DNA of 64,000 nt, taken from the NCBI RefSeq assembly GCF_036321535.1, contig NC_087436.1, forward strand, positions 73,720,001 through 73,784,000, given 5' to 3'. Below are positions 1-11,700 of the stretch, piece by piece (position 1 is the stretch's first letter; each line of letters starts with the position of its first letter). The notes under the pieces were generated by a model. That model ran no database searches. It saw only the letters and a program-made list of their open reading frames with translations, and was not told where the DNA came from. This DNA is from Camelus dromedarius (lineage: Eukaryota). A program made the translations under genes and the position numbers.

Positions 1-105
1 ATTTGTTATGCAGTAATAGATAACTAATACAGATCTAGGTATTTCAAGTGGAGTGGTATCAAACAAATACCTAAAAATGTGGGTGTGACTTTGGAATTGG
101 AAGTC
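1..105 (+). mobile_element. End of a MaLR (MLT1-type) LTR and start of its internal region
   Basis: atttgttatgcagtaatagataactaataca is a typical MaLR LTR end; it is followed by internal-like aaatacctaaaaatgtgg...actttggaattgg. Confidence 0.6.
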
Positions 106-114
106 TAGATGGAT

Positions 115-865
115 AGTAGTTTGGTGGTTTCTTACAAAACTAAACATACTCTTATTGTAGGATCCAACAATCACTCTCCTTGATATTTATCAAAAGGAGA
201 TGAAGACATGTTCACATAAAAACCAGCACATAGATATTTATAGCAGCTTTATTCACGATTGTCAAACCTTGGAAGCAACCAAAATGTCCTTTAGTAGGTG
301 AATGGATAAACTGTGGTACATCTAAATGATGGAATATTATTTACCAGTAAAAAGAAATAAACTTTCAAACCATGAAAAGACATGGAGGAAATTTAAATGC
401 ATATTACCAAGTGAAAGAAGGTAATCTGAAAAAGCCACATACTGTTATGATTCGAATTCTACGATATTCTTGAAAAGGAAAAACTCTGGGGAAAAGATCA
501 GTGGTTGTCAAGGGTTAAGGGGAAGCAAGAGATGAATAGTCAGAACAGGGGTGCTTTTTAGGGCAGTGAAACTACCCTGTATGATACTGTAATGGTCGAT
601 ACATGTTATTATACATTTGTCCAAACCCACAGAGTATACAACACCATGAGGGAGCCCTTTGTAAACTAGGGACTTTTGATAATGTGTCAGTGTAGATTCA
701 TCAATTGTAACCAATGCACCACTCTGACATAGGATGATGATAATGCGGGATCCTACGCCTAGGGGGAAGAGCAGAAGTATTTGTGATATCTCTGTACATT
801 CTGCTCAGTTTTGCTGTGAACTTAAAACTGCTCTAAAAAAAAGTCTATTAAAAATTTAAAAAAAT
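115..865 (+). mobile_element. Old L1 3' end (L1M-type)
   Basis: L1 3'UTR motifs (tagcagctttattcac, gtaggtgaatggataaactgtggtaca) ending in an A-rich tail. Confidence 0.8.
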
Positions 866-2179
866 TTTTTAAAGAAACCCAGGACTGTTTTTTAAAATTC
901 CCAGATCCAAAGTATATATGGGAACTTAGTTTATCACAGAGATGGTATTGCCTATCTGTGGAGATACTTGCAACATAAGTAATTGACAAATAATTGGTAT
1001 CCAGAATATATAAAGACCCCCTGCAAGTCAATAAGAAAAAAACAAACCAAAAAGCTATTAAAGAGGAAAATCAAATGGCAAAAAATCCATGTGAAGCAAC
1101 TCAAACTCACTAGTAACCACTGAAATGCAAATTAAAACAATGATACCATTTCACCAACAACAGATTATCTAAAGTTCTAGAGTCTAATAACACCAAGTGT
1201 TGACATGGATGCGCTAAAATCGGAATTCATGTAAGTTATTAGGAATGTGCAACTCAGCATTGCCTAGTAAACCTGAAGACTCATGGACCCTATAACCCAG
1301 GAATTCCATTTCTAAGCTTCTATGTAAACTTTGGATAAAGAAAAGACTCTAAGACATATACCAAGGAGACATATACAAAACTTCATTGGGGCAAGATTTT
1401 TAAATAGCGAAAATGCAAAAAACCTAACTGCTCTTCAGGAGGGTAATGATAAATTGTGGATTTATGAACAAACAATGGGAAACTATTATAACAGTTAAAA
1501 TGAAAGAATCTTCATTTATCCAGAATCTAATGTTGTTATACAGTCAGCAAAAGAATATATACAATGACACCATTTATGTAAAATTTTAAGATACTAAATG
1601 ATACATTCTACTACACACACACATACACACACATGTACATGCACAAATGTATTAAGAGAAAAAAATACATAAAGGAATAATAGGCATCAACTTCAAGACC
1701 TTGGTTATCCCTGAGAAAAAGGAGGAAATGGCTGGGTAGGGCTTCAGTTGCAATCTTAATGTTCTATTTCTTTAAAATAAAAAAGAATATGGTAAAAACT
1801 AACACTCAACAAATCTAGGAAATGTATATGTTTCATTTTTTGATGTTTCTAAAAATCACAATTAAAATAGTAAAATGTTTCTAAAATTTTTAAAAAGAGA
1901 AAGATTTAAGTATCCTTAAAACAAGAAGTTGTGAAATATCATAATTTATTCTTTAGTTTCTGTGTAATTCTTTTATATTTCCCCTTCTGTAACATTTTCC
2001 AGAGTTAAGTTCCTATGTCATCTTTAACTTTCCTTTACCCTTTGGCCAAATTCCCTTTTAAAGCACCCCTGGATCTGATGTTAATATTTAAATTACAGAA
2101 GTAGTAGGTACACTAAAATTGGATCTTGCTAATAAGAATGGGACTAGCAGTATTTTATATTAAAAAAAAAACTAGACCA

Positions 2180-2440
2180 TTGGCATTCTTGATTCAAAGG
2201 TCTTCAGATTTGGATTGAATCACACCACTGGCTTTTCTGGTTCTCCAGCTTGAGGACAGCAGATCATGGGTCTTCTTGGCCTCCATAATCTCCTGAGTCA
2301 ATCCCTGTCATAAATCTCCCTATATAGATATTATCTATCTATCTACCTATCTATCTACCTATCTATCTAGTCTGTCTACCTACCTACCTACCTACCTACC
2401 TATATCTCCGGTTGGTTCTGTTTCATTGGCAAACCCTAAA
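2180..2440 (+). mobile_element. MLT2-like ERVL LTR fragment containing a (TATC)n/(TACC)n microsatellite
   Basis: ttctccagcttgaggacagcagatcatggg...ctccataatc...ttggttctgtttc; tetranucleotide runs at ~2331-2402. Confidence 0.7.
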
Positions 2441-3093
2441 ACATGTTTATTATGTAGAGGAAAAAGAAAACCCAATCAGCTATATTCTCACCACACTATT
2501 TTCATATGCATATTATATTTATAAAATTTAAGTTGTAAGAAGCACTATTATTTTATGTATCTTAAAGAGACGCTTGCTGACATTTAAATTACAACACAAT
2601 GCTTTCTTATTAGAATTTAAAAATGTCTATGTATTGCTAAGTCTTTTGTCACAGGTATTTAAAAATCACATACCTCCTCTTGTACATATTTTAAAAAGTG
2701 AAACAAATTGGTTAAAATATTGCATAAGCTTCTTTACATTCAGAATCAGATTCTTGTGAATCTTTGTGTGACTTGGCATCCTAGATGCCCAGGTTTTTCC
2801 ACACATGGAAAACTGGTGTGATTGAAGAACCTTGGTGATGCAGCATTTCTTGAGTTCTCTACTCAGAAAGGGGGCTTACCAGGTGTTGGTAATGTTCTGT
2901 TTCTTGATCTGGGTGCTGATAACGAGGGATGTATTCAACTTGTAAAAATTCATTGAGCTTAAGTACACTAAATGATATTTGTGCTTTTCTTTATGTATAT
3001 ATATACACCAATAAAAAGTTAAAAATTTTAGAAAAATGTTCCACTGTTTTCTGGAATTTTTTTTTACTAGGTATTGACTGTTCTGCAAGTTTT

Positions 3094-3887
3094 TTTTTAA
3101 TTCAAAAAAATTTTTTATTGAAGTGTACTCAGTTTACAATGCTGTGTCAATTTCTTGTGTACAGCATAATAGTTCAGCCATATATATACATACATATATT
3201 CATTTTCATATTCTTTATTATAGGTTACTGTAAGATAGTGAATATAGTTCCCTGTGCTATTCAGAAGAGACTTGTTTATTTTATATATAGTACTTAGTAT
3301 CTGCAAATCTTGAACTCCCAATTTATCCCTTTCCACCCTTTTCCCCTCCAGTAACCATGTTTGTTTTCTATGTCTGTGAGTCTGTTTCTGTTTTGGAAAT
3401 AAGTTCATTTATGTCCTTTTTTAAGATTCCACATGTAAGTGATATCACAAGGTATATTTCTTTCTCTTTCTGGCTTACTTCACTTAGAATGACGATCTCC
3501 AGGTCCATCCATGTTGCTGCAAATGGCATTATTTTATTTTTTTTATGGCTGGGTAGAATTCCATTGTATAAATATACCACAACGTCTTTATCCAGTCAGC
3601 TGTTGATGGACATTTAGGTTGCTTCCATGTCTTGGCTATTGTAAACAGTGCTGTGAACATTGGGGTGCATGTGTCTTTTTGAATTAAGGTTCCCTCCAGA
3701 TATATGCCCAGGAGTGGGATTGCTGGATCACATGGTAAGCCTATTTTTAGATTTCTGAGGAATCTCTATACTGTTTCCATAATGGCTGCACCAACCTACA
3801 TTCCCACCAACAGTGTAGGAGGGTTCCCTGTTCTCCACACCTTCTCCAGCATTTATCATTTGATTTTTTAATGATGGCCATTCTGAC
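3094..3887 (-). mobile_element. 5'-truncated younger L1 with 13-bp TSD
   Basis: ORF2 C-terminal peptides ([42 protein letters not shown]); TSD ttctgcaagtttt at 3081-3093 and 3888-3900. Confidence 0.92.
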
Positions 3888-4269
3888 TTCTGCAAGTTTT
3901 GATACTGGTTCTTGCTTGTTCTTAGCAGATGTCAACTTAAGATTTTCAGACCAAGTTCATGAACGTGCATGAACGTGCAACTGTGTAAAGATAGTCATTT
4001 GGCTGGAAAAATTTTAAGACATATTCCAATTTCATCAAACATATGAAAAATATTTGTCCTAAAACACGTTACATTTTGCTTTTGAAAATAATGGCACATT
4101 TTCCACATTGCTATAGTGTTTATACATTATCTTTAAACCAACTTTTTATCAAGGTGATTAATAGTTGACTATTCTAACTCAGGTTGCTTAACTATTCCCA
4201 TATTTTGAGATATTTTCTCACACCCATTTTTGCCACTATAAATTATGCTGCAACGAGTACTTCCCTACA

Positions 4270-4830
4270 GTTAGTTGGTGGTAGACACTGCCTAACCAAA
4301 ATCTATTTCCCTCTCTACTCTGCTAACAGAAGCCCCGTTCTGTTGGGAATATTACAGTCCATTTAAGCTGAGTGGTCAACAATCTTACTTCCTGCTTTCT
4401 TGGCTTCCAGTTTTGATAGCGTGGCCATAACCCAGTTTTGGCTAATGAGACCTAAAGGAAGGCTGTTACAGGGATCCTGCAAAAGCTTTTTGCTTTCCTA
4501 GTAAAAGGGATGGATGTGGCAATGCCCTTCTTGTTGCCTTAAACTTACAAGAAATGTCTGTGAAGGTGGACTATCACGTCCATTTTACAGACTGGAGACC
4601 TCCACACAGAAATGTTGAGTAACTTGCCTGAGGTCATAAAGCTGCCAGTCAGTATTCAAATCCACACTAAAAATGACAAAGCAGAAACAGAGCCCAAGAT
4701 CCTGAAGGCATCATTGAGTAGCTGACCTCAGGCCAGCAACTGTCCACCTCCAGACTTCTTATGTGAAACTCTAATTTGGCTAGACTAGTTTTAGATACAT
4801 ACTCTGTTACTTGCAGCAGAAACATCCTCA
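4270..4830 (+). mobile_element. MLT1-type LTR remnant with a MIR-like insert
   Basis: cccagttttggctaatgagacctaaaggaag; ctgttacttgcagcagaaacatcct; MIR core aacttgcctgaggtca near 4620. Confidence 0.55.
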
Positions 4831-5988
4831 AACACATCTTTGCCACATTTTGGACCATTTTCTTTGACTAGACTCTCAGAAGTGGGCTGAGTCCAAACAT
4901 TATGACTGTTTTTTAAGGCTCTTGATACAAAGCACTAATTATTTTCCCTAAGAATTATACTAATTCAACCTTTTGCTAACATTGGGTATTGCGGGCTAGA
5001 GTCAAAGGGTCCCAAACTAAGCATGACTAGCACCCCATCAGTAAATCAGTGGAAGAGAGTCATCAATAAGGTGAGACTACAACTCCTCTGGGAGTATTTT
5101 CAAACTAATCCTTGCCTTGGTTTAAGGTGCAATCCTCTTGTGATAAAAAAACTAATTCATAAGAACGAGTCTTTATTCCTCTGCCTCAAATAAGTTACTG
5201 TGCTTCTGATACAATAACACAGTTGCAGCATAGCATACACACTGTAAAAGACAGAGAGCAAAGCTGAAATAAAAACCTCACACATGATCCTGATACCAAA
5301 GAAAATCACTTTAATATTTGGTGGCTTTCTTCTTGGGCTTCTATTATTCCCCATTTTCTTACATGTGTAATTTTAATAGTATAAATATATTTTGTTCTCA
5401 TTCACAGTAAGTAATTCCTGTTATAAACATTTTAATGGCTGCACAGTATTCCATCATGTGGATAAATCACATTTATTTAACCACTTCCAGACCGACAAAA
5501 CATCAAAAGCAGAATCTGTAGAAAGAAGTAAAATTACCACATAAGGAATGCCCTATACAAATATACAGTATTTAAACAGTACAGAATTAGCTATGCTCTC
5601 TGTTCTTGCTTCCATATCAAATGCTCTGTAACAGGAGGGAAAATGTCATTTTCTTATAAAAGATAAAAAGCTCCATCTCAGTGTCTTACCTTCCTATTCA
5701 AGATTTTAAAAAAATCTCATAAAATATTCTCAAAATATGTAAGCAGTAGTTAACTTTTAGTTTCACTTTTATACAATAAAGGATGTCACTTGGAAGAACT
5801 GTATTGTCACTTGGTAGAATAGTTTCAAAATGTGTTTATCTAAAATAGTCTGAACATAAACCTGCTGGTCAATACTGAGTTGCCATGTAACACTCTATAC
5901 AGATCATAAATTTTCAAAGAATTAGGATATGAGATAATGAAAACAAAATTTATATTAATCGTAACCTTTAAAAATTATACCAACTTTT

Positions 5989-6076
5989 TATTTTTTAATG
6001 GAGGTACTGGGACTGAACCCAGGACCTCGTGCATGCTGAGCACACGCTCTACCACTGAGCTATACCACCAACCTCC
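5989..6076 (-). mobile_element. Vic-1-like tRNA-derived SINE with 12-bp TSD
   Basis: A box (tatagctcagtggtaga) and B box (gggttcagtccc) on minus; TSD ataccaactttt at 5977-5988 and 6077-6088. Confidence 0.9.
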
Positions 6077-7863
6077 ATACCAACTTTTAAACCCTAACTT
6101 TTCTCTTGTTATTCAGGAATTTATCTCCTACTGCAGCCCTGTTCATCATACGTATCAGTGTGTTAGTGAGTGGGCATTTCACCCTTCTGCCAGCTAAACT
6201 GCCCCTTCCTCAGGATGCCCCTAGCCCTGTACTGTGCCTTTTTTGATAGTTCTGTAAGTGGATTTTTAAAAAAATAGTCATTTTGTACGTCTGTTTCCTT
6301 CACTGGATTACAAATTTCTATACAGCATGATCACTGTGTTTGCAACATGGTAAGCATTCAATATACATTTTCATATTTCAAACTAGTACCCCCAAAATGT
6401 ATAAGGGGTAAAACAAATATCTGTAGTAACTGCAATTGTTGTTTCAAGTAAATTAAGCAAAATATAAAATAAAAACTTAATAGACATTCAATCTTTGATG
6501 AGAAATTTGCTACTCTGTGGCAAACACCACGCTAAGTGCTTATAAACACTGGTCACACCCAATCGATGAGGTAGGCGGTATGTCATTTACAGAGAAAAGA
6601 CTGACAGTTAGGAGTTATATGAGGTGTTCAAATACCTGTTGAGGAGCTACATACTGGGCACTGGACTAGTACTGGGGACAGAGCACAGAACAGACTCTGT
6701 CTTCTCTGGAGCACATTTTCTGGAGGAACTTGCTGAGAACATATAAATAATGTATCAGCATTCTAGATATATACATTACTTTATATACATTATAAGCTTG
6801 GACAATGTGAGTTCATCCCTGAAATGGCCCCATTCTCAGTGTTGATAAAAATTTAAGACTAAAAAGCTGAAGCTCAAACCCTGTGACTTCGTCAAGGTAA
6901 AAGTCACCCTGAAAGGTCACTGTGCCTTTGCTGGCCGTATCTAACCTTGTGAGGCTCTGACTCCAAATTCAGAGTAAACAGAAGATATTCTCAAGAGAAG
7001 ATTTATAAAACAATAAAAGGAATCAGATGGGAATAAGATACTATGGGATTAAAGAAATAAAAGTTAAGACTATAGCTTTTCAAGCCAGATATTTAGCTTG
7101 CATATAAACTTCAGTTATGAGTCGGGTGAAACCACAGTAGAAAAACAGAAGTCAGAACAAAGAATGGACTCTGGCCTCTTGGCAGCTAAGGGGTGGGAAA
7201 GTCTAGGGGAAGGACAAAAGTTCCACGCACTATCACAATTCACACAGCAAAGTTACGGACCCTAGCTGCTAGGCCATTTTGAATTTAATTACCTCTGTCT
7301 GAACCTATACATGTAAGGAGATACCCAGTTCAAAAATGACCAAAAAAAAACAAAAAACAAACAAAAAAAAAAAAACCAGTTGCTAGTCTGAGATTCACAT
7401 CTGCACCTGACACTTCCTGTGAAACGCTGAAGTTGCTGGGGACTGAGGCCTCCTCTCCCTAGGTAGGGCAGTGCAATTTAATCATTAAACCTCAAGGTCT
7501 TCACAACTAATTCCCAGTGGTACGGGGTGTCTTAGGGAAAGCTACAAAGTTTCATTCAAATAAAACTGAAGTTGAACTCAGAAAGTGAGAAGATGCTAGA
7601 AAAGGAACAAGAAAAGTCATTTTAGAAGATGCTGAGTAGACAGAAAATTGCCTTTTACTCTCATTTGAAGCAGTTTTCCCAACTACCACAATATATTATC
7701 CAAGAAATCTGAGACAAGGCACCAAACTATTTCCAAATGCAACAACTTACAAACAGACTGACCACAGCTCTCACGTCCCCTGAAATCTCCTCAAGCATGC
7801 CAGGGGAAGGGAGACAACACACACCACTCAGCACACAGAGCACCTATTTGACATAAGAAACCT

Positions 7864-7869
7864 TTTATT
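7864..7869 (-). terminator. SDAD1: SDAD1 polyadenylation signal AATAAA
   Basis: tttatt on +, about 800 nt past the stop, followed on the minus strand by a GU-rich tract (tgtgtgctgagtggtgtgtgttgt). Confidence 0.75.
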
Positions 7870-8668
7870 GAGACAAGGGAAATAGTGGGCTGAACATTTT
7901 ACAGGGTGAAGAAAGGCAGAGGAAACCAATCTGATTTCTTTTTCCTCTATGGAAGAGTGGGCAGCCCAAATGATGAACTTAAGTCACCCCAACATTACTA
8001 TTTATACGTAAGGCAATTTAAAAAGCAAGGTCTTAACCAAAAAGCCTGTAGCTAGAATTAAAAAAATATGTCTTTTGGATAAGACTAAAAATGCTAAATT
8101 GTCTATCCAAAATCTGTACAGCAGGGACCTGTTTTCAGCAGGAAAGCCTATTTACAAGTAAGATCCTCTTACTCTTGTAACATTGTCCTGTTTTAAGAGA
8201 ATACATAACCCCCATCCCCTGCAGAGTTAGTCCATAAGGTGTCTGTGACCCCACAGAAACATGGCCCTATCTCTACTAGAGAGCTATTTATACTGCACTG
8301 TAAATACACATATACACACCTGCCTCGCGCCTCATCCCACAAATAGGCTATAAATGCCTTGAGTGAGGAATTCTGGTTCATTATATGTTCAGTGACAATT
8401 AATAGGCACTCTCTCTCTCTATATATATATATATCCTTTTTGGGGCATGAATACTAAATGAAAATCACTTTACACCACCATTTACTATTTCACTTCAAAC
8501 CATTAGCCATCTCTAAAATAAGAACACCAAAAGCTACCAAGTTTACTGTGGTTTTCACAATACAGTGTTTCTGGATTTTTAATGTAAACAAACATTCTTA
8601 GTTTACTAATTTTCAGAGTAATGACACAAATTTAGCATCCTCCTTGGAATGGAAAATTTGCTTGGAAG

Positions 8669-8716
8669 TTACTTCATTCTTTTTCTCTTTTTCAAGAGTG
8701 CATCTCGTAGCGCCAG
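8669..8716 (-). CDS. SDAD1: SDAD1 last coding exon (22)
   Basis: [15 protein letters not shown] followed by TAA; 48 nt. Confidence 0.95.
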   Translation of the reverse strand: MALRDALLKKRKRMK

Positions 8717-11700
8717 CTGGAAGATAAAAAAATACCTAAGCATGATCTAGAGAAAAAGACCACAGGACCAATGTTCAAAGTGAATCTATGAACATCCTTA
8801 CAAAGTTTTACAGTTCCCCCCAAAAAGAGAATATTAAATAAAAGTTTATGAAGAATAAACCCACATTAGAAAAAGAAGATAACCAAGGCCAATGTACACA
8901 TCTTAGGTGTGTGATGGATATTAATTATTCTATTAATTCCCAAGCATCCACCACTCTCTGAGCCCTAGAAACTTCAAAGCATTTTGGGGGTGGAGGGTGG
9001 AAGCTGCCTGGCTCTTCATCTAAATATTCAAACTTTTTTTTAGTTACTGAGTCCTTGCCTTCAGCTCAGATCTGGGACTTTGTATGTTTTTGTAGACAGG
9101 CAGAATAACTGCAACACTTATGGTAGAGAAAAATTAACAAGTTCATCTTAACCTAATTTGTGTGGCCTAGAAGGTATTTCTCAGACTCATCTATCTATGT
9201 CTTATTTTCTCATCTGTAAAGTCAGTTTAATCACAGTATCTGCTCATACTGTTATATACTGATCAAATGAATTAAAAGATGGAAAGCTGTAGAACATTTA
9301 AACCATGTGGTAAGAATCATATATTAGCTAATACTGTTTTATAACCCGGGTTACATGGATTTAATTCTACTTATTTGTGACAAAGCACAGGCTACTCTCC
9401 CCCATCCATCAGTTCCCTTTCCCCTTCACAGTCTACCACCCGAACATAAGGAAGATATATACTCCCTCCTCTTCCTTTATCTTCTAAAAATCTTCACTGC
9501 AAAGTCCTCCTCTCTTTTTCTCCTATTGTGTGCTTTACTTTCCTCCTCTAGTCTTTTTGGAGACACTCTATAGTTGCACCATCCAATACAGTAGCCCTAG
9601 CTACACGTGGCTGCTGAGCACTGAAATGTGGCCAGTGCAAGCTGAGATGTGCCACAAGGGTAAGACACGCTGGATTTCAAGTAGCTTAAAAACAGGAATG
9701 TAAGATATCTCATTTAATAATTTTGATACTGATTAGACATTGAATCGATACTACTTTGGACATACTGGGTTAATAAAATATTTTACTGAAATTAATTTCA
9801 CCTCTTTTTGCTTTTTAATTTTATTTATTTTTAGAATATTAATAAATTTATATATTTATTTTTGGTGGAGGGAGGCAATTAGGTTTATTTATATTTATTT
9901 ATTTATTCATTCATTTAACGGAGGTGCTACAGATTGAACCCAGGACCTCGTGCATGCTAAGCACGCACTCTACCACTGAGCTATGCCCTCCCCATTCTTT
10001 TTACCTTTTTACTTAAAAATTATATATGTGGTTCTCATTATATTTCTACTGGACAGTGTTGGTCTACAGTGAAGAAGAGAACAGAGAAAATTAGGAACCT
10101 AAAGTCAAGTTTTACAGTGAAGAGAACTTGAAGAAGATATAGGGCAAGGAAACATACATAGACATTCTGATAAATGGCAAGAAAACTGGAGAAGGAAAAA
10201 GCACTCTTGAACCAACAAGTGCACATAACCAATGAACTCTTAACTTCCTATTAAATAAAAAATTCTTTTATCTTTTAGAGAAGTGTAACTCAAGAAGTGC
10301 TGACAGGAACAAAGCAAAGCTTCTCTACCAAGCCAACAAAAGCATGCCTAAAATTAGAGGAAGTAGTGGGTGAAGGAACACCTCTAGCTAAAATGTAGTG
10401 AAGTCACTAAAAACTCAAAATGAAGCAAGGCCTACCGACTGTGTGAGTACTATTTCCTCAATTGTCAAAATCTTACAAAGGGCAGGGGAAGGATAAATTA
10501 ACGAATTTAATCAGTTCTACTAGGAATTTAAATTGAATTGGCAAAATTCAGACTATTTAAAATCTTAAATGGCACCTCTCCTTTCACCTCAACTTTCAAC
10601 AACTTCTATGCAAAATGCTTTATTACTTACATAATGTTGTTCAACAGTTGAGAACTAGAAAGATTAAACAGAGAGGTAGACTTTAAGCGGCACCTTCATT
10701 CAGCTCACACTGACTTGGTTCCCACACAGACAGAACATCACCCTGGAGAGCTGGCTGCTACACTTAGGCCTGGCAGGCTCGTCCTTGGCTAGCCATTTAG
10801 GAACACTGGTTCAGAAAGTGGCACTACTTTACCCTTGACCTGATTTCCTAGAGAGTCTTCAGAATACGTTTAGACTTAAACGCTGGTACGTTCCCAGTAG
10901 AGGAAGATATAAAAGCACAAATTTGTTTCGCTACAATGAATTATGAAATAAGCAAACCAACAGAGCAGCCCAGGAATACCCATCAAAGACTAAAAATGGA
11001 TAAAATAAAATCTCAAAGGCCTGCAAACAAAATGGCTTTGCAAAAGGGCACATATAGGAAGGATCATGCCAACAACAGAACTGTTTGGTTTGTACCCCTT
11101 TCCTGAAACTGTTTCTGAGATATTACCACTTATTATTATTGCTTTTTGGAAAAAAGTACCAGGCAGATAATAGGCACGCAAAAATTATTCTTCAGTTAGT
11201 TTTCCTATTATATTTCATAGATGCAACGTCAAGAGAATTTTAGCATAGGAATGGACCTTAGAGACCATCTAGCTTACACTCCTTTATTTACAGAGGAGGA
11301 AAAATGGGCTCCCTTTGGTCAAACAGCTCAGTCTCAACCAAGTCAGGTCTAGGATTTACCTGACTGTTTTCCATCTCTCCATGCTCTCCAATTATGCTCC
11401 CCATTAACCCTAAGACTCACATAATACAAGGTCTTAGAAGGCACAACTCCACTCAAATGCAGGGAAACATTAGAATGACAATGCTACTCTACCCAGACAA
11501 GCTTCAAGTTGAACTCACCTGCTTTTCTCGGAAGGAACGCTTAGTTTTTGACCGGACGCTATGACTGTACCGCATCATCATAAAATTCTTCTGTTTTTTC
11601 TTCTCCTTATTTGTGGAACTGGAAAATGGATTCATTTTGGTCTTCTTCCTCACAAATTCTTTTCGGTCTGTTCTGCCAGCCTATCAGCATACACACAAAT

